Positions 45,401-59,650 of a DNA stretch of 64,000 nucleotides are shown piece after piece. Under the pieces are notes generated by a model. That model was given only the letters and a program-made list of their open reading frames with translations. It did no database searches and was not told the origin of the DNA. Origin of the DNA: Phyllobates terribilis (lineage: Eukaryota). The position numbers were made by a program, and so were the translations under genes. Position 1 is the stretch's first letter. Each line of letters begins with the position of its first letter. The stretch spans positions 64,666,001 through 64,730,000 of the forward strand of contig NW_027362764.1 in the NCBI RefSeq assembly GCF_046119375.1, in the 5' to 3' direction.

Positions 45401-48400
45401 CAATGTTGCGTAAACAAGCTCCCTCCACCGACCAGAATTAGATCGAATAACACCTTGCTCTTCGCAAGCAACAACCATAGTACGAGAGCCGCTTCAGTCC
45501 TGGATCCGATTTTTGAACATCAAGAAAACGAGTTTCTTCGTCCAGCAACAATTGTATCGTCAGTATTTAGAGTCCTCATTTGATTTCCTCTCCCTGTTAT
45601 TACGTTTTGATTCCCAGGTTCAGCACTGTCTCGCTCAGACAGCCCATTCCAGCTTGCAGAATTCCTGGCTTAGTCTGACCCTGTGGTGCACTCTTCTGTG
45701 TCTTTACAAGGATCACACATTTGGTCCAGGGCTCCTCTTTTTCTACATGCTGTGAGATTCTTTCACTTTTCTCGGCGCACACTTCCGCTCGGGCTCAAAC
45801 TTCAACAGGTCGTATTTGCCCCTTATTTCAACCCAGTCTCTAGTTTTCAGAACATGCTGTCTCAATCCCCGCATGCACAGCCCTTGTTTCCAGAAGGATT
45901 CTCTACTCTCCTTCTCGGAACTCAATCACTCTGACTTTCCTTCCATGTTTTCTCTCTTCAGAGCATACTCTTCGTCTTGGCCTACTGGCGGGTTTCTACC
46001 CTCATTCTTCGCAAAAGATCCTTCAGACCGAAGAAAGTTCATGATGACTGGTGTCTCCTTTTTTCTCAGCTAGGAACTTTAGTCCAGTGTCACACAGCTC
46101 AGGATTGCCTGTAGGCTAATTAAGCCTCATCTCCTTGATCTGGAACCCGGAGGGTAGGTATTCTCTTTTCCTTCCATGGCAGAACCCAGCATTCTCTTTC
46201 CTTCCAAGGTGTAACGCTATCCTGGTCAACCTCGGCGGAGGCATTTGGTCATGGACGGATCAATGTCTGCTGATTTCATCCACGGTAAACTACATTCTAC
46301 TGACTTCCTAACCTGCGAAAGGCCTTCGACAGGAGAAGGGTTGTCTCATCAGACGGTTCTCCGTCTTGTTTGATCAGACGGTTCTTGTCAATAATTGTTT
46401 ATGGCGGTGCATACCCTACATCGTCCCGAAGAGATGCAGGGTGACCTACGAGGTTTTTCAGTCCACTTCCAGAGTCCGAGACTCAGCGATTGTTCTCCAA
46501 CACTCAAATCCTCCCACCTTCTTCTAGTATGGAGGTAGTCTACTTTCTTACAGTCTCCTCTTGGAAACTTCTAAATCTGTTTTCCAAATCAATCATTTTC
46601 GATTGGACTATTCCAGTTCCACTGCCTGCTTGTGAAATGCAGCATCCAAGCTCTGGTTCCTGCCTATTGTTGGATCTTGATTCTAGCTTATTCCTCAGCT
46701 CCCTAGGGGAAGGTTTCTACCTTATTTCCAGGGAAACCAGTTTTACGTTTCATTGGTTTGATTTTCCCTGTGAGGTGCGCACGCTTACTAAATATCTTGC
46801 GGCCTCCTTTGTGCCTGGGAAGTGGGGGCCCGCATCTGGTTTGGAACACTCAACAGCGTTCTTTCTTTCTTTTTTAGTCCTCCTATCGGTCTCTTGGATG
46901 TATTGTAACTGGTCAGAGTGCGTTTCAGCGCTCCAGCTGTTGAGAACAGTTTCTTCAGAAGCTCAGATTCCCCGTTTGCGTCTGGAGAGTCGTCATAATG
47001 GTCTTTGAGTCAAAATCTGCTTGAAGATTCTGGATGCATATTGACATGGGACAGACCTCCATCACTTTCTTCCTGCTCTCCATGTGGGCCAAGGAGCTTC
47101 TGCACCATGCATCATCTGGCCTCTATTAGCAGCTCTCTAAGCTGTTTCTCAGTTAAGTTTTTACCTTCCAGGCTCTAGAGTTCTCACTTTTTTCCACCTC
47201 CTTGGCGTTTTCGGGCCTGGGCGGAAATGTTTTTCATATTACAGTGGGTGGTCTCCGACCTGAGATTCTCTCCTCTGCTTGTGCGGTTGACTAGTCTTCT
47301 TTGTCTTCCCACCCTTGGGGACTGCTTTGGGACGTCCCATGGTTTTCTGTGTCACCCAATGAAACGACAGAAAAAAGAAGATTTTGGTCTCTTACTGTAA
47401 AATCTTTCTCGGAGCCTTCATTAAGGGACACAGCACCCACCCTTTTTTAAATGCTTCTGTTGGGCCAGTCTCGGTTCTATTTCAGGTTGCTTCTCCTACT
47501 GCTTACACACTAGCTGGTCGGTTTGGCTCTGGTTGGTGGGTGTATACTACGGAGGAGGAGCTAACTACTATTTTTTTTTATTTATTTATTTTTTTATTTC
47601 CTAGTGTCAACCTCCTAGTGGCAGCAACATATACTCGTGGTTTCCGGTGTCCCCCATTGAAGGCCCAGAGAGATTTTATGGTGAAAAGCCAAAATCTTCT
47701 ATTTCTCCACACATACCTTTTGATCATTGTGGCCAAAGAGTTCTATTTTAACCTCATTGGTCCACAGGATTTGTTTCCAAAATGCATGAGGCTTGATTAG
47801 ATGCTCTTTTGCATAATTCTGACATTGAATTTTATGGTGAGGATGCAGGAGAGGTTTTCTTCTGATGACTTTTCGATGAAGGCTATACCTATGCAGGTGT
47901 CTCTGAACAGTATAACAATGTACCACAACTCCAGCGTCTGTTAAATCTTTCTGAATGTCTTTTGCAATAAAGCCGGCATTCTGATTTGCCTCTCTAGCAA
48001 TCCTATGAGTAGCTCTCACTGACATTTTGCTTGGTCTTCCAGACCTTATCTTGACCTCCACTGTTCCTGGTAACTGCCATTTCTTAATTTACTTTTTGAA
48101 CTGAGGAAAGGGCCACTTGAAAATGCTTTGCTATCTTCTTATAGCCTTCTCTTGCTTTGTGGGCCTCCATTTTCATTTTCAGAGTGCTAGGCCGCTGCTT
48201 AGAAGAACCCATTGCTGCTGTTTTTTGGCACAAGATTAGAGGAGGCTGGGTTTTTATAAAGCCGGGAAATTTGTATCACCTGGCCTTTCCTAACTATGAT
48301 AGTGCCATAAAACCAACAGGCTAATTAGGGTCTGAAATCTTGGTCAAAGTTATCTGAGCACACAAATCTCCAAGGGTGTCCAAACTTAAAATACAAATGA

Positions 48401-48452
48401 AATGTATCTTCTTTAACTTTAGGCCTTTTTAGGGTACCCAAACTTTTACACA

Positions 48453-48457
<5 letters not shown>
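42444..48457 (-). mobile_element. Tc1 family B copy split by a DIRS insertion (Tc1 parts 42444-43177 and 47708-48457)
   Basis: ORF 47699-48061 (N-terminal half, ...LFGHNDQKVCV) and ORF 42674-43108 (LWGCVAANG...[14 protein letters not shown]) are contiguous once the insert is removed. Confidence 0.9.
43178..47707 (+). mobile_element. DIRS1-like tyrosine-recombinase retrotransposon, degenerate
   Basis: Left ITR (ttcattgggggacagaggaaaccatggg...gtatacactcaccaacc) is inverted at about 47520-47660. Internal complementary region at about 47335-47430. Decayed YR C-terminus near 47050-47250. No intact ORFs. Confidence 0.85.

Positions 48458-48496
<39 letters not shown>
48455..48496. repeat. (TG)n microsatellite
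   Basis: Direct reading. Confidence 0.97.
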
Positions 48497-48499
<3 letters not shown>

Positions 48500-50737
48500 G
48501 CAAATATTTTAGGCAGGTGTGGGAAAAAAATTGCAAAGTAAAAAATACTTAAAAAAAATATATAGAATTGCTCATAATTCAATTTTACTTGATACAAGTA
48601 AACTAACAACGAAATCTAAATCAAATCAATATTTGATATGATCAAAGCATCAGTTTTTCTATGTAAACTTGACAGTTTTTGAAAGCATTTGACAGGGAGA
48701 TTGTTCCAAACAGCTTGGAAAACTAACCATAGATCTTATGTGAAATATAGGTTTGCACCAATCCTTCTGTTTCTTCATGTCATCCTATACAGACTCCATG
48801 ATGTTGAGATCAGGGCTACGTGGGGCCGGATCATCACTTGCCGACCTTTAATTATACATGCGTGTGTTCTTTAAAAATTTGTGCGGTTAGTTAAGTTAAT
48901 CGACAGCATGGGCTCAGCATAAGTATGCCTCCTGCAACCTGTAGAGAACATTAACGCTCACGAGGTGAGACAGGAAGAGAAGTGTGCAGGACAGTAGAAA
49001 GGCCTATACGGAAGCTAGTTATCAAGTGGGAGTGAGTAGTGCTTGCCTTAATGGTGCACTAACCCTGGGCCACAGAAGAGCATGTAGGAATCTCCAGCCT
49101 TAGCTGCAGTCAGTATCATTTGTTCCAGGTGTGAGATATCAGCCTACCTGCAACAGCATACCAATATTAGAAGACAACAAGCATTGCCACTGAAGAGTGG
49201 GACATACAGGCCTATTCCTGACTGCCAAATAAGCAAGGGATTAGCTGCCCAAGATTGTGCCTGTATATGAGGGACTGTGAAGGGTAGAATGCAAGTGTAT
49301 GCAAAGTTCCAGACAAGGTACTGCACAAGATTGCTGTTAAAGAGTGGTGATTACGATGGGTTTTGACAGGCCCTGTGAGTACTGCACTGCATAAGGAGCA
49401 AATCACTGTCAGAAGTGCTGCTGAAGAGATTGCCAGCAGGCTGTCACATCACAGTGGTCAGTGAAGTGTCAGAATAAAATGAGAAGTAGAGATAAGCAAA
49501 CCGAATTGTAGAACCCTGATTCTTCAGCCAAGTCAGTATTCCATGACTGCTGGATGCAAATCTGGGAACTGCCTCCTACCTGCCGACTCCTCTTTTTTAT
49601 TAGCCAGCCTGACAACATCATTCATAGACCACACCTGTCCGGTGGCTGGTGGAAAGGTGACCTGAATGCTTCTTTTATCTGTACAGACCACAGCATGGCC
49701 TCCCCTGGATCCAGGTGGGTCTTGGTTGGTGAGAGTGGCTGAGTTTATTTTTTTTTTTTTTTACATATCATGCCCCCTGGGCAAAGTTTTATTTCTGGAC
49801 AACCACTTTAAGTTCATTACCTCTTGTGAGAGAGTTTCTGAACCACCATCTGCATTCCTCCTTCTATGCCCAAGTAGGGAACCACTCTACCACCAACGGC
49901 CACTACATCCTATATTTTATTTAAAGGGGCGCAACACAACCACCCCCAAACTATCTTATATGACACCCCTAGTATCGATTTTGGGGCATGTTTATCAAAG
50001 AAAAACATGTAGTAAAGTAGCATAATAGAGATAAGAATATGTGAATCTATTAAATCATGCAGCATCCTATACAGTAGATTTGAAAAAGATGCATTCAGGG
50101 AGCTCTCCTTCCAAAGTTTGTTTTATACGGTCCTGCATACGGCTTGTATTAAACAAACATTAAAATAACGCTGATTCGTTAAGTTTTGAGCAAAACTGCA
50201 AACTAAGCCAACTCTCCCCAGTGTTCATCACTCAGCACGAGAACCGGCCAAGAACACCTTGCTGAGGATCCAATAAAAATCACCGATAAATTAGCGAGGT
50301 GACAAGAGCCCTGATAATATACAGTATGCCCAGCACCGGATCTGCTAATATTTCAAGGCTTTATCAACACATCCGTATTATGAAACTACAACAAGATCCA
50401 TGATATAAGCAAGACAATCATGAACACAAAAGTGATTCGAACACAGAACCCCGATGCTTGGCTGACCTTTCCAACAGTCAGTCCTCAGCTGGTTACTTAC
50501 AGTTGCACCATTTTTTTTCCCGTTAAGTCACATTTCTGCATGAATCAGTTTTCCACAAGTTTTTGTGACTTTTTGTCCTTTTACTTCAATCTTGCAACTT
50601 TTGAATGTTGCATATTTTCTACTTTCAGTGATTTAAACAATTTCTATAACTTGTCTTGAGGAATAGAATAAGGTTCACATGAACCCTCAAAAAATAAAAA
50701 ACTATACTTCATTAGATAATTTTAAAATACGGACTAA

Positions 50738-51571
50738 GGCTGCGTTCACACATTGCTTTTTTTCATGCGTATTTTTACGCGTGCGTATTTCCTGTGTTTT
50801 TTTACGCAGGTTAAAAAAGCACCTCCATTCACACACTGCATTTTTTCCTGCTTTTTTTTTACAGAGGTGCAGTGTGAAGTGTGAGGATGGACACCTGTAT
50901 GTAATATAATGTATGTGTCTGTGTATCCTGTGTGTCCTGTCTGTGTGTGAGTGTCCCCCTAGCAGTGTATGTACAGACAGCTTCTGGCTGCAGTACATAC
51001 ACTGCTTTAAAAGAAAAAAGCTATGGATACTCACCTATCCGATGGATGGGAGAGGCGACCGGTCCCACCGCTGCCAGCATCTTCAGTGAAGCGATGAGAA
51101 GCCGGCGTTCGCACCGGTCCCTCCGCTTGCAGCTTCCTGCTGTAAAGACCGGTTTGTGATCGCTTTATGGCAGGAAGCTGCAAGCGGCGGGACCGGAGCC
51201 GACGCCGGCTTCTCATCGCTTCACTGAAGATGCTGGCAGCGGTGGGACCGGACGCCTCTCCCATCCATCGGATAGGTGACTATCCATAGTTTCTCCTGCG
51301 CCTCCATCAAAAAGCTATGGAATTACGCAGTGTGTGAACACCGCTGCGTAATTCCATTGCTTATAATGGGCACAATAGGAGAATGCGCAGGCCGCAACTG
51401 CGCAAAGAATTGACATGTCAATTCTTTACGCAGCTGCGCTTTCCCGCTGCGTAAAATCACGCAGTGTCTGAACGGCAAAGTGAATTTCCCATTCACTTTG
51501 CTGGCAGACACAAAGCACATTGCGTATTTTGAAAAAGCGCGCGCGAAAATACGCAATGTGTGAACGCAGCC
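50738..51571. mobile_element. Harbinger-type non-autonomous element with an internal hairpin of about 270 bp
   Basis: TAA-ggctgcgttcacaca ... tgtgtgaacgcagcc-TAA; internal inverted repeat at about 51022-51288. Confidence 0.8.
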
Positions 51572-54500
51572 TAACACACAAATATCCAACCTAAAGGACA
51601 CAAAAAGCCATATCTGGTCACTCAATTCTTATGCATGCTTATATAGTGAGATCAGAACTCATGGAACAAATGCTGTGTCCAATCAATACAGATAACAATG
51701 CCACTACTGGCAATAATGGACGTTGAGTGTCCTCAGAACAAAGTGATATAGTGCAAAAACACATACTCAAAATATGTGCCATCTGATCTTTGATTTGCTT
51801 AACAAAGTCCCTCCACAGTATAAGCCTGCAGTTGCTGTATACTCCAACCAAAAAGCGTTCGTAGTTGGCTATGAAAATAGGATTAAGTCAGATTTATGAT
51901 TTTGTTTTACTCCAAAAAAATAGAACATACTCGCTCAACACTAATCGTTAACACTTCAGTCTCTACCTGATTTTTCACTTTTTCTCCTCTCCCTACTAGA
52001 GCGAGTTTGTGACTTTTCACAATTAATCTGGCTAAAAACTTATTTGCACTTTTTAAAACTGTTTAAAAACAGCACAAAATATCATAAAGTTACAAACTAT
52101 TGTGCCACAAAATTTTTTGCCTGGATCATTTTTATGTTTGGACTCAAGGATTTTTTTTGTTCTTAAAATAGTATTCCTATTCCACAGGTCTGAATTTCTG
52201 CACTAGGTGTTGCACATGTGATTGAAATTATGAAACCGTGCGACTTTTGGCATTCTCAAGACATTTTCGCCCAGCTCCGACAAAGTGGGCAGGATGGGGA
52301 CATGGCGACCGCCGTTCATCAAATTCATGACAAGCTGCAGTGTTTGCTATACCACACGTCTTACTCCAGAAGGGAATGGAGTAGTATTTGTGGCGAAGTG
52401 TATTCCTGTACATGAATCGGCACGCGTGATCAAGACTGGCATGAACAAAGCTGGTCTTGATGAATCAGGCTCATTGTGTGCAAATACCCCTAGGCTATGA
52501 TCAGAAGGATATTTCTGTATCAAGTCTTCTCAAAAATCTTGGGAAAACTCCTATCGATTCTTTTGTATTGTAACTTACCTCTGCTCGTTCCCCTCGCAAC
52601 ATCTTCGTCCCCGGTAACTTTCTCCCTGACACAGGCGCGTGGTGTGCTGACGTCCTCAAGCGGCGCATGCCCGGGTCCCCCCTGGAGCCTCGGGCTCTGA
52701 GAAGCAGGCCAGCTTGCCCTCAGTATTAGCCGCCCGCCAAGGGCCCCTACAGTGTGCACTGAGCCGCCGCGGAGCACGCGGTCAATATTTAGTGATGATC
52801 TGCGGCGGCACGGATTGGCAAGAAACCCCCAACGTCCTGGTCCGCGGACTGGTGGTTTGGAACCCCTGCTGTAGACAACAACTTTCCATACATGAGGTGT
52901 AACTGTAAAAAAAAAAGACCCTACATTTTTTTGTGCTTTGATTTCCAGCAGGAAATTATAACTTGCAAATGCTAGTGAAAAAAATAGTTGTAAAACAACG
53001 AGAAAAGATGTCCAACTAAATGAGGTGAAACCTTAAGAAGGAGAAGAAAATGCTGCCGGCTTCCTGCATATTCCAGCCCATTGATTAGATATAATGCAGC
53101 TCTGGATCAATGGCCGGGTAAGCTTAGCTGTGCACGTTTACCTCTGGACATCCTCTTACTCAGCAGCTCTCAGGTTATGTATTGGTTTCCGCATTTGTAA
53201 GTGGCCGCAGTCTGCGCTCAGCGCTCCCCCGAGGCCCGGTGCTAAAGGCATTGACTTCAAGGTCCCACCACGAGGCAGGAAATGTTTATGCAGATCCTAT
53301 GTGATACATATTACAAGGCGCATACAAGCTAAACCTTTATTAATGCAAGCGTGCTGTCTAATCCCAGATTCAGGGTCACGCGGTCGCGTAGTGTCCGTCC
53401 ACTAGAACGTGTGCTAGATTTATCAATCCCCTCCCACTACAGAATAAAAAGAAACGCTATTTTAGCGGTATCAAATCTTTGTCATTAAATACGTCGTTAA
53501 CATCTTTTTTGACAGTGGTTGAACGGTTTTACATTTTAAGTGATTAATCAAAGTCTGAGCTTTCAGCAGTCTCATTATCATCAGAGGCAGGATTACAATG
53601 ACAGGTAACACCTCTATACACAGCTGATAACAAAGGATCCAGCAATCACAATAGGTAAAGTTGAAGTTCACCTCCTCCCTTCACAATGACCTTTGCACAC
53701 GCTCATTAGATGCCTCAGTACAAAAGAGAGGGTCAGAGTCTGTTCATTGCTGCTAATGTACATGTGGATTTCCTGAAACAGGAAGTTAGAGTCTAAAAAA
53801 GCCCCAGTGGCCGGTGTGTGAGTTGCATAATTTCTACTTTTTATTTTAAAAAAAATTGCCAAAATTGGAATAAATAAATTTAACACAAACACTTTATTTA
53901 ATCATTGTAATTTTCTAATGACACATTTCCTTCAAGTCTCTGTTCACACTAGTGTCGATCCACAAAAAAAAAAAAAAAAAAAGTCAAAAGGGAAAAAAAA
54001 AATAGTATGGCTCTTGGAAAAAGAGGAAGAAAAATCAAACACGAATCGCCCGGGACGAGAATTTCTCAATAAGGGAATCAGTGAAAATTTATCTCATTTC
54101 CAATTTTTTTAATTACACCATTGGATTTGCTGCCTATTAGGACTCATTCAGACGTGCGATTTTTCAGTGCACGAGAAAAGCGGACCAATTATTGTGATCA
54201 TACTTTGATCAGAGTGTGGTCCCGAGGGTCCTCCGGTTTTCTCATACGTGACAGTCCATGAAAATCGGACTGTGCTTGGATGTCATCTGAGTGCAGTCCG
54301 ATGTTTTTCTCAGACCTATAGACTTGCATTGCCGATTTTGATCCGACACTCAGATCAAAGTACCACATGTCACTTATCTTTTCCGCAGACCACTCGGTCC
54401 AAGAGGTAACGGGCCAGGGTGGAACAGGGAATGTGAGACAAAGAGGGTGCTCTGAGCAGTAGTTCCAAGGTATCAGCAAGCAAAGAAGTTAAGTTGCTAG

Positions 54501-55015
54501 GGGCAGCATGGGCCGATCGTTCAAGGCAGTGGGAGGCCACATTGAGTTCCCTGATGGACACTCCTGTAACGGCTGAAGCCAAGTATCAAGCAGCGGGCCT
54601 GGTCTTCTGATATCTCAAGGTCGGTGGACGTGGAATTACGGGGGGGGCAGTTAGCCGATGCCAGGTGCACAGGAAATTCCTGACGCTGATGGAGTCAGGG
54701 GGCTTCAGGATGAATGAGTTGCAGGGCTGAAGAGGTACTGTACTAAGGAAGGAAGAGACATGAAGTGCTGTGCCCTATCCCACATGTCACCATCTGATGA
54801 TCTTGAACTGACTAGTATACATTTGCCTGCTGTAAAGAACTTGGTGTCCCCTGAACTGTGTGCGGCGGCTCCTGAGGATGTAGGCGGCACCTGAGGATGT
54901 AGGCAGCAGCTCTCCGCGCTCTCCAGGTTTCCAAGTGAGTGTGATGCACCCTACGCCTGACAGCGCACTGGGACATGATTTGTTTGTGAAGTGCCAGGGC
55001 AAAACCAAACAGCAG

Positions 55016-55565
55016 TGTCACGCAAGGTGTGGGAAAGACTTAGTGCAACACAAAGGGAAGAGAGAAAGGGGGCAGTGGATACCTCCTGGCTGATAGAATA
55101 TCACCCTGTCTCCCCTAACGTCCCTATATTGGCTCTTCGCCAATTGCCGCACGCGTTCCTCGCTGTGTCTTTCCCTGGCATATATGTATGGCTAAGGCTA
55201 GGGAAGGGAGGAGATGAGCACTAGTCGATCCCCACTGAACACTAAAGACAACAAGGTAGGACAAATGGGGAAATTGCTTAGCTTTAGATGACTCCTGACA
55301 AATGTGCACACATCCTCCTAGCACCAGAGAGGACGAAGTACTGCTCTTGCTAAAGCCATCACAGGTAGTGATGAATATCACCGTCACCTCCCTCTGGAAC
55401 ACAGCAGGTATTTATACACCCAGGCCAGCGTGTTAATTAGCCAGAGGAAGGTAGCTGCTGGGTCCTAGAGACAGCCTCTAAGAAGGTATCTGCAATACCA
55501 AACTTTGAGATCTCCTGCAACCCACTGCAGGGCGATTGTCTGTCACTTCTGACACACCCGTGACA
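55016..55565. mobile_element. Probable solo LTR
   Basis: TGTCA...TGACA termini about 550 bp apart; flanks agcag / ggcag (4 of 5 match). Confidence 0.5.
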
Positions 55566-57869
55566 GGCAGCTTGGTCATGACTACCCGCGCTGCAGCACT
55601 TTACATTGGGTTGTGGTGAAGGCAGAGGAACTTGGGGGTAATAACAAATAAGCTTGGAAGATGTAGAGAGACCGTGTGTGAAAATGCTCCATGTTGTAAA
55701 GGAAACATTTGTGAAGTTATGCACCCTCTCTCTATTGTACATAATCCTCACCAAGTTGATGTTCAGTAATAGACAGTTTGTTTGGTTGGTGGTCTCCCTC
55801 ATTTAACTTTACACCATCTGGTCCTGGCCAGCCGAAGTCACAGGCATCATGCAGTCTGCAAGGGCGTAGCGCCACCGTAGACAAAGCCCACACACCCAGC
55901 CAGGACCCCCATCTTCATGTAGCATGCTGGGGCATGGAAAACGAGTACTTCGCCCACGGCTACCCCTGCGCCACGTTACCCTACCATGAGGGTTTCAGCA
56001 GGTGAACCGTGGTGACTGCATGATCATCCAAGGAGGGCTGCATTTGGAAATGGGGTCCTGCGGGAGCCTCCTGCAGAATACAGTTGGCACATCACAATGA
56101 CAGAATACATGCTACCTTGAACAGCAGCTGTATTCTGCTGGGGAGCCTGGAATTTAGGTATAACATTAAAAGGGTTGTGCGGCCTTACCGTAAAGTGACT
56201 GTAGACTTGTAGCCTATGTGACTGCAGATTTGTGAATCCTCACATCATGCGCGCTGTGATGATTCGCCGGTGTTGGCACCAGGAGCAGCGGATACGTAAC
56301 TGCAAGTATTTGATTTACATATATGCAGTCATATGCCGACTAGACGTGCATGACCTCGCTCATTGCAAGTGTACTGAGCGAGGCCGGACAAGGCTAGTCG
56401 GAATGTGGCCGGGACTATGCATATCACAGGCTCCCAGCATACAGTGCAATTGATGTTAGGATTCACAAATCTGCAGTCACATAGACTGACTGCAGACTTG
56501 TAGCCTAAGACCGGATAACTCCTTTAAGCTTCTGGGTTCCAATGCAGGTTTATTACTGATGTCTCTTTAGGTAGCAACACAGCCTTTGGGCTCCCTCAGG
56601 CATTAGGTCCCAGATGTGACCTCTACCTCTGCACCCGCTATAGCTAAGTTCCCAGCATGTTGGGCAATGATGATAAAATTTAATTTCCTATCATCCTTAC
56701 ACGCACTGACCCTCTACAGCAGGGGTGGGGAACCTCAGGCCCGCTGGCCATTTACAGTCCTCGATAACCTTTTATCCTGCCCAGGGGCAGATTCCCAGGG
56801 ACGGCAGTGCTTGGGCCGGCAGCTGTATTTTGCCGGCCGCCGGCCCATTGCCAAAAACGGCCAATTGCCATTTTATGCCTTTCCTACCTCGCCATCTCTT
56901 TAAGCTATTCTTGCAGTCCTAGGGTCACCTTTCCCTCTTATGGCTCCTCTGGCCGAACACCCCCCACCTCCCCCACTAATTATCAGATTTCTTCCACTAT
57001 ACTCTTTCAGGATTATATTACAGTTAGATAATAACCAATACGTCATGAGTTCTAGTCTTACAAGAATCCTAAATCCTTGTCTTACAGCCATATGTATCTA
57101 GTCATAAATGCAAAGTCAATATTTTGTAAGTTTTCTTTTTGCATAAAAATTCTGCGGCTGAACAATCAATAGGGAAATATTAAATGCTCCGCATACACTG
57201 CAATTTGTTCACTGGCTGTTTCTTTGTTTGTTTTTACCTTGCTTCCTTTTTTGTGCTTGTACTTCTTTTCCAAAATGCAGATTTCATTACAAAGTTTTTT
57301 TTCTTTATAAGTCGCATACGTATGGTGTCGTTTTTTTTTTTTCAGACTTTTTGTGGCTATTTATTCTCACGGACTTCTTTAACTACTTGTGTTAATGTGT
57401 GTATTGTTGGGGCTGGAAGGGGGGTGTTTCGGTCTGTTTTATGTTGCGATTTTGACATTACAAATCATGTGATTCCAAGAGAATCGTGATGAAAACTAAC
57501 CGATTATTTTGATCAGAGTGTGTGCCGAGTGGCATAAGTTTTTTTCTTGGACGTGGAGAAGAAAAAAGTTTCTCTGCCTTCTTTGTGACAGTCCGTGAAA
57601 ATCAAACTGCACTCGGATGTCAATCGAGTGCAGTCCGATTTATTTTTTTTTTTTTTTCACTGACACTTAGACTTGCTCACATGAAAATTGGACATATCGT
57701 GGACCACTTGGCCAAAGGAAAAAACTGGACATGTCCACAGCCCCATAGAATATCACAGGTAGGAGTGCTATCCGTGCAAACCACAGAGAACACTCGCACA
57801 AGAAAATTGGACGTGTGAACGAGCCCTTAGTCCACCTTCTACTACCCTTCCCCTACTGGAGTCATTTCT

Positions 57870-59650
57870 CCACCTTTCGGCTGTGTGCCCACTATGCGTT
57901 TTTCAAGCATTTTTACAGCGGAATTTCCACAGCGACAACGCTTAAAAAACCCCTTGGTAATACGTGCCCCATGGGCCCCAATGATAATCCGCATGTGCTG
58001 TGCACATGCTGCGGAAATTTCCGCTGCGGATTATCTTTGCGGAAAAATCCACAGCATGTCCATTAATTTTGCGGACATGCAGCGTAATTGCCGCCATTGA
58101 CTTGCATTGAATCGCATAATATCTGCATCACTACATCTGTACATGCGGACATTAAGCGATTCAATGTGTGGATGGTACCCGGGTGTAGAGAAGAGGAGAC
58201 TCTCATCCAGACCCAGGTACCATAGTACCTGTAAAAAAAAAAAAAGAATTAAAATAAAAAATATACATCATACTCCCCTTCTGATTTAGTCATGTGACAG
58301 GTCACGCCACCGCTGACGTCGGCGGTCACCTGACCTGTCACATGACTAAATGACGTCATGGAAGGTCCTTTTACACCATTGCGAGCCGTACGAGAGACCG
58401 GACGCACTGGAGAGAAGACCGCGGGCCATCAGAAGGTGAGTATAATGTGTTTTGTTTTTTTTTACCACTTTTATTCTTTTTTTAACTATTAACTTGGTCA
58501 CACTATATAAATCCATGCCAGTTGCATGGATTTATATAGTGTGACCAAGTTGTCAAGCACTTTCCAAGTGATGCTAAAATCGCTTGGAAAAGCGCTTGTC
58601 AACCCGCATGCGGAAATGCTGCAAAAACGCTTCTACCTGGCAGGAAAAACGCATGTAAAATCCGCATGCGTATTTCCTGCCAGGGAAATGCAGAAAAAAT
58701 ATACAGCATTTCTGCATCATGGGCACTTGGCCTAAGGCGGTGTGCCCACAATGCGTTTTTTAAGCGTTTCCGCAGCGGCAAAAACGCTGCAGAAACGCTT
58801 AAAAAGCGCATGGTAGAAGGCCTGCCATGTTCCCCAATGATAATCCGCATGTGCTGTGCACATGCTGCGGAAATTTCCGCTGCGGATTATCATTGCGGAA
58901 AAAAACGCAGCACTACCAATTATTTTACGGAAATGCTGCCTTTTCACCGCCATTGACTTGCATTAGAACGCATGGAATCCGCTTCACTAGATAAGGACAT
59001 GCGGATAACATGCGTTTCAATGTGCGGATGGTACCCGAGTGTAGAGGACAGGAGACTCTCCTCCGGACCCGGGTACCATAGAAACTGTAAAAAAAAGAAT
59101 AAAATAAAAAATAAAGATTATATTTACCTTCTGACGGCCCCCGCTCTCCTTGTCTTTGCTTGCCGGCAGCTAGCGATGGACTGAAGGACCTGCGCTGACG
59201 TCATAGCCATGTGACGGGTCACGCGACCGCTGACGTCTGCAGGTCCTTCAGTGTACCGCTGCCAGCAGCCTGAACGCAGGGAAGCAAGACACGGCGGGCC
59301 ATCAGAAGGTAAGTATATATTTATTTTTTATTTTTTACCATTCTTTTACGGTCACACTATATAAATCCATGCCGGTTGCATGGATTTATATATTGTGACC
59401 AAGTTGTCAAGCACTTTCCAAGTGATGCTAAAATCGCTTGGAAAGCGCTTTGACAACCCGCATGTGGAAATGCATGTGAAGAACGCTTCACATCCGCATG
59501 TCCCTGGCAGGAAAAACAAATGTACAATCTGCATGTACAATCTGCATGTACAATCTGCATGTACAATCCGCATGCGTTTTTTTTCTGCCAGGAAGATGCA
59601 GAAACGCTCAGGAAAAAATCCTGAGCATTTCTGCATCGTGGGCACATAGC
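57870..59650. repeat. Tandemly duplicated Harbinger-like modules (period about 850 bp)
   Basis: Blocks aatgataatccgcatgtgctgtgcacatgctgcggaaatttccgc and the hairpin ggtcacactatataaatccatgcc...gcatggatttatata..gtgacc each occur twice. Confidence 0.7.

Noticed and set aside
52560-52872. CpG-rich patch as a possible ADAM22 promoter or first exon
   Set aside because: It ends in a hAT-type terminus (ggtccgcggactggtggtttggaacccctg) and has no signal-peptide ORF with a donor site.
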